Shown here: one piece after another, positions 28,697 through 37,900 of the stretch
Layout of the letters: the number at the start of each line of letters is the position of its first letter
Position numbering within the stretch: the first letter of the stretch is position 1
Assembly: GCA_002340345.1 (NCBI GenBank)
Contig: DDLW01000274.1
Location: 1 to 40,288, forward strand
Reading direction: 5' to 3'
Source of the DNA: Alphaproteobacteria bacterium UBA2562
Lineage (GTDB): Bacteria; Pseudomonadota; Alphaproteobacteria; UBA2562
Length of the DNA stretch: 40,288 nt
Notes under the pieces: generated by a model
Database searches by the model: none
The model's input: only the letters and a program-made list of their open reading frames with translations
Told to the model about the DNA's origin: nothing
Program-made: the position numbers and the translations under genes

Positions 28697-28758
28697 TTTT
28701 TTCGATTACGCGAAATTTATGACAACTTTTCCGGAAAAAGCCTTACAAAAAGCTTTTT
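28697..28758. repeat. Dispersed ~60-bp palindromic repeat, diverged copy 3
   Basis: TTTTTTCGATTACGCGAAATTT...ACTTTTCCGGAAAAAGCCTTACAAAAAGCTTTTT. Confidence 0.8.
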
Positions 28759-28785
28759 AAAGTAAAGGGCTATAAAAACTTGGCG

Positions 28786-30591
28786 TTACGGTTCTCGCAA
28801 ACCGCTGCCCAGCCAGCGCATGACAGGGGCGAGAAAATAGGAGATGATCAGACGATCGCCGACCAAAATATCACCGCCAGCGCTCATGCCAGGAAGAAAG
28901 CGGAAATCGCCAGGCTTGTCGACCAACCGATCTTTTTCGATTTGAACACGGGCACGATAAACCGGACCGGGCTCTCCTGACAAAGTTTCGGCAAAAGTGT
29001 CCTCGCTAATGAAATCAATCCGCCCCAGCAAATCACGATGCTTTTGAAAGGGTAAGGCGTCCAGCTTGATCGAGACCTGATCCCCCGTTTTAACCTGGGA
29101 AATATCCTTCGCTGGAATATCAAGCCGCAACAACATGGGCACATCAACGGGCACCAGCACCATAATTTCTTGGGCTTGGCGCAAAACCGATCCCGTCGCA
29201 AGAGTGTTGGTGTTCAAAACAATCGCCGCACCGCTGGCGCGCACAGACAGATTGGCGGCCCGACGATCCAACGTGCTGAGTTCTTCTGTCAGCCGTTTGA
29301 CCTCTTCCCGTTCTCTCACCAGATCTTCTGTGACTTTGGAAAACCACTGGCTGAAAAAGGCCCGCCGCTCGGACCGTAAGCTATTCATGCGCGAGAGCAG
29401 CTCTACCCGCCCATTCTCCATGCCGGTCAATTCTCGTTCCAAAGACAGTCTTTGATTGACACTTGACAGATATTGGACCTTTGACCCGACCTTGCGATTA
29501 TACAGCGTTTGTTTGGCACTTTCGAGCTGACGCAGCAAGCCGAGCTGCTTTTGGGCTAAAGCGCGATCTTTGGCCACGGAGTCCAAACGCACATTCAAAT
29601 GGATCAGCTGTTTGTTAAAAGAATCAACCTTTGAGCGATATTCCGCAAGCCGACTGCGGAATATCTCCTGTTGGAGATGGCTTTCTTGGGTGTCATTGGA
29701 AAATTTATAGGGTTCATTGATCAGCATGCGACTGCTGAATTCCGCATTCAACCGGTTTCGCCGGGCCTCGGCGGCCGTGAGCTGGGCGCGCACAGCCGCA
29801 ATGTCAGACTGGATATTGGTGGCATCCAGCGTCACCAATCGGTCTCCTTTTGCGACGACATCGCCTTCACTGACATGGAGGGTCTGGATAATCCCGGCTT
29901 CTGTCGCTTGGATGCTGATATTTGCAACCGCAGGCCCCAGCACCCCGCGCCCACTCACCACGGTTTCAATGCGACCGAAAGACGCCCATAGCAGCATCAC
30001 GGTCATAAACATCAGAATCGCCCAGGCGCCCAATCGCGACAAAGCTGGCACGGGGCGGTTTTCAATCTCCACCGCATCGGGCTGGAAACTGGCGATCAGG
30101 GTTTCGGTGCGATTGCGCCAAGGCAAGAGCGTATCCAGCAAGGATCGCTTGCTTTGCATTGCAAGGCCAGGACGATCGTCAGACGACTCTCCAAACGTGT
30201 TGCCCGTCACAATGCGTTCATTGGCCGAGCGTACATAGCCCGACAGCCGGTTCATGAGCGCTAGGCTGACATCAGGATTATCTCCCATGCTCTGGATCAA
30301 GGCCTGGCGGTCGAGGACCCGCAACCGGCTATCGCCCTTGGCCCTGGCAGAGGCACTGCGTGGCGCGCCTTCGATCAACGCCATTTCACCGAATAAGCTG
30401 CCTTCGGAGAGAGTCGCCAAAACCACCTGTTCGCCGTCTGCTTCGCGGAAGATTTCCACCGCACCAGACAGGATCATATACGCCACCTGTCCCTTTTCAC
30501 CCTCGGTGAAAATGAGAGCGCCATCACCGAGATTAAGCTCTTCAATGCCAGAGATGTGACCCGTCGGAGGTCCCGCCATACTGTCGGTCAT
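28786..30591 (-). CDS. HlyD-family type I secretion adaptor fused to an N-terminal cyclic-nucleotide-binding domain
   Basis: IFTEGEKG..AY.ILSGAVEI...FGEMALIEGAPRSASARA (cNMP); then TM, I.TLHVSEGD.V.KGD.LV.LD, coiled coil, IKLDALPFQKH..L.G.I..IS.D, PGM...I..G.R..ISYF..P; start overlaps the ABC gene stop (ATGA). Confidence 0.93.
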   Translation of the reverse strand: MTDSMAGPPTGHISGIEELNLGDGALIFTEGEKGQVAYMILSGAVEIFREADGEQVVLATLSEGSLFGEMALIEGAPRSASARAKGDSRLRVLDRQALIQSMGDNPDVSLALMNRLSGYVRSANERIVTGNTFGESSDDRPGLAMQSKRSLLDTLLPWRNRTETLIASFQPDAVEIENRPVPALSRLGAWAILMFMTVMLLWASFGRIETVVSGRGVLGPAVANISIQATEAGIIQTLHVSEGDVVAKGDRLVTLDATNIQSDIAAVRAQLTAAEARRNRLNAEFSSRMLINEPYKFSNDTQESHLQQEIFRSRLAEYRSKVDSFNKQLIHLNVRLDSVAKDRALAQKQLGLLRQLESAKQTLYNRKVGSKVQYLSSVNQRLSLERELTGMENGRVELLSRMNSLRSERRAFFSQWFSKVTEDLVREREEVKRLTEELSTLDRRAANLSVRASGAAIVLNTNTLATGSVLRQAQEIMVLVPVDVPMLLRLDIPAKDISQVKTGDQVSIKLDALPFQKHRDLLGRIDFISEDTFAETLSGEPGPVYRARVQIEKDRLVDKPGDFRFLPGMSAGGDILVGDRLIISYFLAPVMRWLGSGLREP

Positions 30592-32804
30592 CGCGGTTCT
30601 CCCCTACTTTGCGGGCGGCTCTGATCCGACGCGGCTTGGGTCAAATGACCATGCTGTTGGGTCCAGAGCGTTTGATAGAGCGCATTCTGGGCAAGCAAGC
30701 TGCGATGATCCCCATCGCCGACAATTCGTCCGTCATCCAGCAATAAAATCCGATCCACATCGACCAGTTGGGACAGGCGGTGGGTGACAAGGAACATGGT
30801 CCGGCCCTCGGCAATTCTTGACAAATTGCCCTGCACAATCATTTCACTTTCCGGGTCCAGCGCGCTGGTCGCTTCGTCGAAGATCAGGATCGCAGGCTGA
30901 CGCAAAATGGCACGCGCAATAGCAAGACGTTGACGTTGGCCCCCAGAGAGATTGCTTGCGCCTTCTTCCAACATGGTTTCAAAGCCATGTTTTTGCTTTT
31001 CAATAAATTCATAGGCCCCCGCCAGCCGGGCCGCCATAAGCACCTCTTCCAAGCTGGCATCGGGCCGGGCCGCCGCAATATTATCGCGGATGGTGCCGCG
31101 AAACATAAAGCTGGATTGGGGCACAATCCCGATATGGGTCCGCAAATGGGCCAGATCGATTTGACGAATATCCACGCCATCAAAGCGCAGACTACCGGTC
31201 TGGGGGCGATGTAGCCCTTGAATCAGCTTCGTCATGGTTGATTTGCCACTGCCAGAACGCCCTATCAGCCCAACGATCTGACCTTGCGGCACGGTGACCG
31301 ATACATCTTTCAGAACGGTTGGCCCATCAGGATAGGTAAAGGCCACCTTGTCAAAAGACACAGCGCCATGCAGCACGGGTGTCGCGCCCCGGATTTCTTG
31401 CTCTGACGTTTGGTTCATCACGCTGCCCAGCATTCTTACCGACAAGGCCGTTTGCTGATAGTCTTGGACCAGCGAGACCAGGGCCACCAGCGGACCGCTG
31501 ACCCGTCCCGACAGCATATTAAAGGCAATCAGCCCCCCTGCTGTCAGACTGCCATCCAGCACCAGATTGACCCCAACAAAGACAATGGTCACGATCATTA
31601 GATGTTGTAGCAATGTGCTGATCTGACCGGTGAGGGCCGAGAGCTTTCCGACTTCGAACTGGGTTTGCACAGCCTTTGCCGCGACCCCGTCCCAACGCCG
31701 TTTACGCTGGGGCTCCAACGCCAGAGCCTTCACCGTTTCCACCCCAGAAATACTCTCGACCAACATGGATTGCTTGTCGCCCTCGGCTTGATACAAATCC
31801 GCCAACCGTTTTTTATAGCTACCGCTGAGGAGCACCATATTGAGCCCAATCAAACCGCTAAAGCCTAACACGATGAAAGCCAGCAGCGGGCTATAGCTGA
31901 ACAGAACCGGTAAAAACAGCAACAAAGCCGTTGCGTCGAGGAACGTTCCGAACAATTTGCCGGTTAAGAACTGACGGATGCTGCCAGCCTGTTGTAAATG
32001 CCGCGATAGGGTCCCAGCGGTATGATGCTGGAAAAAAGCAAGGGGCAGCGAGAGCAACTTGGCATAGACACGCGTCGACAGTCGGATATCGATCCGGCTA
32101 GAGGCATAAAGGATCAAGAGCTGGCGAACATAACCAAGAACCGCATTGAAAAGCAAAGCGAGGGCAATCCCCGCCGTGACCACATACAAGGTGGCAAAGG
32201 CCTGATTGCCGAGGACTTTATCCAGCACCACCTGCATATAGATGGGGATCGCCAGGGCGATGGCATGCATGAAAAGAGCGATCACCAGCACTTCAATAAA
32301 AAGGGAACGCTGTTTTTTGATCTCTGGCACAAACCAAGCAAAGCTGAAGGGTCTGTTCTCATCTTCCCCAAGATGGTGACGTTTCAGTAGCAGCACGGAT
32401 CCATCCCAGGCAGCCTCGAACCGTTCCCGTTCAAGAGTCATCACCTCTGGGCGATCGGCCAGGGGGTCCAGCACATGGGCAACCTCCTGGCCGCCCGCCT
32501 CTGTCGTCTGTCCCGTTTCAGGGTCAATGTTTCCAACGCCCGCCAGAATAACGCTATTGCCATTCTTTAACCGGGCAATCACAGGGAACCCCTGGCCGAG
32601 TTTTTGCAAATCACGCCAGCTGAGATGGGAGGCTTTTGCTTTCAGACCATGATCACGGGCCATCCGGAACAGTAAAGCATCATCAGGTTTTTCCTCACCG
32701 ATCGCATAATCATGGCTCAGCCGCTCCATGGCCAGATCCACGCCATGTTGGCGGGCACAAAGCACGAAACATTGCAGTGTGGTGGACATCAGAGCTCCTG
32801 ACAC
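30588..32804 (-). CDS. HlyB-family type I secretion ABC transporter with C39-like domain
   Basis: N-terminal C39-like domain without the catalytic DCG motif, FSFAWF, TM domain, GRSGSGKST, LSGGQRQR, DEATSALD; start 32804 (GTG) or 32789. Confidence 0.95.
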   Translation of the reverse strand: MSGALMSTTLQCFVLCARQHGVDLAMERLSHDYAIGEEKPDDALLFRMARDHGLKAKASHLSWRDLQKLGQGFPVIARLKNGNSVILAGVGNIDPETGQTTEAGGQEVAHVLDPLADRPEVMTLERERFEAAWDGSVLLLKRHHLGEDENRPFSFAWFVPEIKKQRSLFIEVLVIALFMHAIALAIPIYMQVVLDKVLGNQAFATLYVVTAGIALALLFNAVLGYVRQLLILYASSRIDIRLSTRVYAKLLSLPLAFFQHHTAGTLSRHLQQAGSIRQFLTGKLFGTFLDATALLLFLPVLFSYSPLLAFIVLGFSGLIGLNMVLLSGSYKKRLADLYQAEGDKQSMLVESISGVETVKALALEPQRKRRWDGVAAKAVQTQFEVGKLSALTGQISTLLQHLMIVTIVFVGVNLVLDGSLTAGGLIAFNMLSGRVSGPLVALVSLVQDYQQTALSVRMLGSVMNQTSEQEIRGATPVLHGAVSFDKVAFTYPDGPTVLKDVSVTVPQGQIVGLIGRSGSGKSTMTKLIQGLHRPQTGSLRFDGVDIRQIDLAHLRTHIGIVPQSSFMFRGTIRDNIAAARPDASLEEVLMAARLAGAYEFIEKQKHGFETMLEEGASNLSGGQRQRLAIARAILRQPAILIFDEATSALDPESEMIVQGNLSRIAEGRTMFLVTHRLSQLVDVDRILLLDDGRIVGDGDHRSLLAQNALYQTLWTQQHGHLTQAASDQSRPQSRGEPR

Positions 32805-32823
32805 TCAGGGGGAGAAAAGACAC

Positions 32824-33153
32824 TCAGAAGTTTGGTGATTGTGGCCGGCTGACTGGAGAAGAGGGCTGGGCCGGCCCTGGTGCTGTTGTGGGTTCTGGAG
32901 AGGACTCTGGGGCGGGCTCTGCCCCTTTGCGGTTGATCGCGCCCTGTTCAATCAAGCGATTGACAATGCGTTCCATGGCCGAAAAGGTCTGTAAAAAGCC
33001 CTCGGGTGACATCAGTAATCGCATTTCAAATTCTGGGGCAAAATCACCACTTTCCGTGCGTTTTTCAGCCGAATAGGTAAACATATCGACCCGAACCACC
33101 CCTTGGTTGATCGAAATTTCCTGCACCCCATCGATGAATTTCTGTTCGCTCAT
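32824..33153 (-). CDS. Small uncharacterised protein (paralog of 33251-33574) with Pro-rich tail
   Basis: AGGGGA RBS before MSEQKF at 33153; FIDGVQEISINQGVVRVDMF...RLLMSPEGF. Confidence 0.8.
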   Translation of the reverse strand: MSEQKFIDGVQEISINQGVVRVDMFTYSAEKRTESGDFAPEFEMRLLMSPEGFLQTFSAMERIVNRLIEQGAINRKGAEPAPESSPEPTTAPGPAQPSSPVSRPQSPNF

Positions 33154-33250
33154 AGCGTTTCCCCTGCTGCTGCCAAGGCTCAAAATGTTGCGACGCCCCG
33201 GTTTCCGCCCATCACTATGCCAGGTGGCCAAGGCCAGAAACCTTTGGAGG

Positions 33251-33574
33251 TCAGCTTTGCGTTTCTTCGTCAGACTCTTTCTTTACAGCGGCACGTGCGG
33301 CCACGGCCTCCCGCAGTTCGCGCGCATGGTTGGACACGCGCCCGGCGAACTCAGCATAGCTGTCCATTGGCATGACCAACCGTGTGATGAGCTGCCGGGT
33401 TTCGCGGCCTTCAGCCTGATCTGTGACGCTGTAAAGATTCAGCTTCACATGGGTATTGCCAACCAAGATGCCATGCAGCCCTTCGACAAATAACTCGGGC
33501 ACGCCGCTATCATCGGCGATGAGCTCAATGGTACGGTCACCGGCTTTCACCTCATGCACTTTACGCAGGGTCAT
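33251..33574 (-). CDS. Small uncharacterised protein (paralog of 32824-33153)
   Basis: AGGGA RBS; FVEGLHGILVGNTHVKLNLY...RLVMPMDSY. Confidence 0.8.
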   Translation of the reverse strand: MTLRKVHEVKAGDRTIELIADDSGVPELFVEGLHGILVGNTHVKLNLYSVTDQAEGRETRQLITRLVMPMDSYAEFAGRVSNHARELREAVAARAAVKKESDEETQS

Positions 33575-33633
33575 GTTTTGTCCCTTCTTCTGGCTGCCTG
33601 TTTGTTACAAAATTTGATCTGGCGGGCCAGCCC

Positions 33634-34638
33634 TTACGGATGGGCAAGACCCTCTTCGACCTGCTTACGCAGGCGTTTGAGATCTTTGACAATTGCTGGC
33701 CGGTCTGATTTTCGGGCCAAGAGATCGATAATCCGGAAATGCTTACCAGAGCGCCAATCTTGGAGATCTGGGATCGGTTGTTCTGTGGAGATCCGCGCAA
33801 GGGCCGCATCGGACAGCAAAGCCCAACTCACCAGAGCCAAAGGACCGGCGGGGGTCCGATAGATGCGCAGCTGGTCATAACGGACGGGATTCAAAAACCG
33901 GGTCTCGATCATGCCAATACGCATATCCGCCTGCTCTGGCACGCGTGCAAGGAGGGTAAAAATCTCTCCGAGCAGAACATAAAGGGTTGATGGTGGGGTG
34001 ATGCGCCGGGCTGGCGCGGGGCCTGTCTTTGGGGCTCTCTCATGTGCCTGCTCTAGCCTCTGCCCCTCTGGCATCTGTTGAGCGCGATCGCCATCGTTTG
34101 CGATCTCGATCTCTGACCCCGACGGTCTGGCTTTTGCCCCATGATACTGCTTTAAGATCCAGCGGCCAGAGGAAGCGTCTCTCTTATGTGCTTTTGCCGT
34201 GCGCTCGGGGAAAAGATTTTCGGTGAGATCTTTCATCACCGTCTCGACCTGGCCAAAGGGCGCGACAAAATCTGTGAACCAGAGATGATCTCCGGACTGC
34301 CAGTCTTCTTGGGACAAAGGCTCTGGCCCAGCGCTTTGGCGCGCATCCAGGGCCTCAGACAGCAGCGCCCACGTCACAATCGCAAGGGGACCGCGCGCAT
34401 CACGATAGAGCCGGTAGTGATTGATCTGCGCCGGACGTAAAAAGCGGTTCTGAATGTCTTTGATCGTATAATGGCGGTGAAGCGGGGATTGGAGACAGAG
34501 GAACAGCAATTCCCCGATCAATTGCAACTCAGCCCCAAGGGCTTCGGGCAATGGCGCCGCAGGCGAAGCGTTCTCTCGCCCCGCATTGTCAGTGCCAGGC
34601 GGTTCCCCCAGATTTCCGGCTGTCTCCATCCGTGCCAT
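33634..34638 (-). CDS. Tandem two-domain HlyC/RtxC-family toxin-activating lysine acyltransferase
   Basis: Domain 1 SPLH...P.AIVTWALLS...EDWQSGDHLWFTDFVAPFG; domain 2 P.ALVSWALLS...QDWRSGKHFRIID. Confidence 0.9.
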   Translation of the reverse strand: MARMETAGNLGEPPGTDNAGRENASPAAPLPEALGAELQLIGELLFLCLQSPLHRHYTIKDIQNRFLRPAQINHYRLYRDARGPLAIVTWALLSEALDARQSAGPEPLSQEDWQSGDHLWFTDFVAPFGQVETVMKDLTENLFPERTAKAHKRDASSGRWILKQYHGAKARPSGSEIEIANDGDRAQQMPEGQRLEQAHERAPKTGPAPARRITPPSTLYVLLGEIFTLLARVPEQADMRIGMIETRFLNPVRYDQLRIYRTPAGPLALVSWALLSDAALARISTEQPIPDLQDWRSGKHFRIIDLLARKSDRPAIVKDLKRLRKQVEEGLAHP

Positions 34639-34711
34639 GGGCTGCTCATCAAAAAAATAAAATTATGGTGAAATCAGCCACTTATTCAAAAGCGTGACGA
34701 AAGAAACAAAG

Positions 34712-34754
34712 ACCAACCGGCAAGAACAAAACCCGATCGTCGGTTGATATTAAG
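34712..34754. promoter_or_regulatory. Palindromic motif shared with 2494-2535 (candidate operator)
   Basis: ACCAACCGGC-N17-GTCGGTTGATATTAAG versus ACCAACCGGC-N17-GTCGGTTGGTATAAG. Confidence 0.55.
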
Positions 34755-34955
34755 CCTTATTTATTTGCTTTCTACAATAATGGAATATAGCATCACACTG
34801 GGGATCGCAATCATTTTCCTCTCTGGATTTCGATTCTTTTGTCTTTTTTGTTTCTGAATCGGCGCTTTATTTCAATCAATATGAGAAATTGAAATAAGTA
34901 TTCTAAAATTATAATATTTTGGCCGCAGCTTAAAACCCCGCCGGAGAACCAGATC

Positions 34956-37900
34956 ATGGGAAGCAACAGCAGTTCCAGCACCCCACCACCACGCGGTTTT
35001 TATGACCAACCCCGCTGGTGGCAGGAATTGGCAGGATCCCCCCATGCCCATGGCTATGACGACAACCCAGACCTCGCCGATGATGTGAATGAAAATACCT
35101 GGTGGGGCGATATCCATGTCAGTACCGGGGCTGGCCATGATCGTATCATCGCCGATAGTGAGACAGGCGATATCTATGCGGATGGGGGCAGCGGCAATGA
35201 CTCTATCAACGCTGATACACTCAGTGGTGATATTCGGCTCGATGGTGGGAGCGGCCATGATCACATCATCGCCGACAGCTGGACGGGGGACATCGATGTC
35301 GATGCTGGCAGTGGCGATGATGTGGTGTATGCGGAAACAGAAACCGGGGACATCACTCTGAAAGGCGGTGCCGGCAATGACCGTCTCTATGCCGACACTT
35401 GGGTCGAAGCCACCATTGATGGCGGCAGCGGGGACGACATTATCGAAATCGACACCCTTGTCTCTGCCACCGCTTATGGCGGTACGGGCAATGACACCAT
35501 AAAACTCTGGGGTCTCAGTGTTGAAGCTTATGGCGGCAGCGGGGACGATAAGATCGACGCTTATGGGCTCTATGCCAAAGTCGATGGGGGATCTGGCAAT
35601 GATCAGATCCAAGCCTGGGGCGGCTATGCCAAAGTCGATGGGGGGAGTGGGGACGATCTTATTCTGGCGGTCGGTGGCTATGCGAATATCGAAGCCGGCG
35701 ATGGCGATGATACCGTTCTTGCGCTTGGCCTTTATGCCAATGTCGAAGGTGGTGGAGGGGATGACCTGCTGATCGCCGTGGGGGGCGCGGCCACCATGGA
35801 TGGCGGCTCCGGGGATGATATTATGATCAGCGCCGGCTATGTCGCCAATATCATGACGGGCGGTGATGGCAATGACATCATGATTGGCATCGGTACCCTC
35901 AATTGGATGGAAGGCGGGCGCGGGGACGACATCATGGTCGGCGGCGGTGTTGCCAACATCATGGCCGGCGGCGAAGGCAATGACATCATGGTGGGTGCTG
36001 GGACGGCCAACATTATGGCTGGTGGTGAAGGCAATGACATCATGATCGGCGGCGGCGGTGCCAATCTTATGCTGGGCGGCAGCGGCGATGACATCATGGT
36101 GGGGGGTGGTCTTGCCAATATCATGTTTGGTGATGCCCAAAGCCTCGATCTGTCTGGTCTCCAGGAGGCCTTAAAAGAGGCCGTGACCAATGGAGGCAAC
36201 ACAGACAGCCTGGATGTCGGAGACCGACTCCTAGACGCCTTGCGGTCCCAAGAAGGCGATGGCGACGATATCATGGTCGGCGGCGGCAAAGCCAATGTCA
36301 TGGTCGGCGGCGGCAAAGCCAATGTCATGATCGGCGGCGGTGGCAATGACATCATGGTGGGGGATGGTCTTGCCAATATCATGTTTGGCGATGGTGTCAT
36401 CTCACGCTCTGCTGAGGAGATCGCCACGCTGCAAGCGGCCAGGGATGAGGCTCTCGAGGCTTTCCAAACGCGCGAAAATGAGATTATGGAGGCCCCCTTT
36501 GACTATCCCAGCTGGAATTATTTTGGCCATAGCTTTGAACTCAATGACGCCCAGAAAGAACGCTACCGGGAAGAAGAAACAGCGCGGCGGGAAGCGCAGC
36601 TCTATGAAGAACGGCAAGAATTGCTGAAAGACTACCCCCTCGATCACGACGGCGATGATATTATGCTGGGCGGCGGCAAGGCCAACATCATGGTCGCTGG
36701 CGGGGGTGATGACATTCTGATCGGCGGTGGCATGATGAATGTCATGCTCGGAGACACGGTGGCGCTCTCGGCCCTTCCAACCTTCGGCATCCCAACAGCC
36801 AGCCTCGATGAAAATGCCCCCCAAGAACAGCTCTCTGACCTTCTTGGCTTCATCAATGATATTGCAGCGGCCCAGACCAATGCGACGGAAATGGTCTATT
36901 CGACCTTGCTGGAGAAAGTCGGCGGCGCCTTAGAAAATATGGAATCCGGCTATGGTCACGATGTGATGGCCGGCGGCGGCCAGAGCAATTTCATGTTTGG
37001 CGGCTCTGGCAATGACGTGATGATCGGCGGCGGTAAGAATAATCTCATGTCCGGAGATTCCGGCAATGATCTTATGATTGGCGGCGGCAAAACCAACATC
37101 ATGGCTGGCGGTCAAGGGAACGACATCCTCTTAGGCGGCGGCAAGACGAATGTGCTCGATGGCGGTGAAGGCCGCGATGTCTTGGTCGGCGGCGGCAAAG
37201 AAAATTCCATGTTCGGCCAAGATGGCGATGACATCATTATTGGCGGCGGCTTGGAAAATGATCTCCAAGGCGGAAAAGGTGATGACATTATTGTTGGCGG
37301 CGGCGGCGATAATGAACTGACCGGCAATGAAGGCAATGACATCCTCATTGGGGGCGGTCTTGGCAATGTCATGTATGGTGACAGCTCACCGAATTTTGAC
37401 AGCGGCTCTTTCTCTGATCCCGGCGATGCCATTGCCACCTTTGCAGCGCTTGTCGCGGTTAAAGCAACCGGAGAAGTGCAAGAGGCCCTGGAAGAAGACC
37501 CCACCCTGCTCGACAATGCTCTCAACATGCCAGGAGGCCCAAGCGGCGACATGGTAGAGGCCATTGGTGAAGGGCTGGACGGTGCCGCAGAAACCGCAGG
37601 CACTCTGTTGAATACAGCAGAAGACGCTGTGGCGGCCGCCATGGACCATGCGAACCAAAATCCAGGGGCAAGCTTGGGAGAAAGCGCCGCTGCAGGCTTT
37701 GCCTCTATGGAAGACGCCTATAAAGACGATATCGACGCTGTGTCCGATTTTCTCGGCGACCATATGGCCGACACTTTTGACAGCATGGCGAGTTATTTCC
37801 CCCAGCTCAAGGCCAGTGCAACCGGCCCCGATGGCAATGGCGATGATATTATGATTGGCGGGGGCGCGAAAAACATTATGGTCGGCAGTGGCGGTGACGA

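Noticed and set aside
32400-32804. Active C39 peptidase (bacteriocin or RiPP exporter)
   Set aside because: The catalytic DCG-type motif is absent (STTLQCF) and the neighbouring small ORFs lack double-glycine leaders; an RTX substrate is adjacent
34872-36140. 422-aa antisense ORF and other long shadow ORFs over the RTX gene and GC-rich genes
   Set aside because: Expected by-product of repetitive, codon-biased sense genes; no independent motifs or RBS
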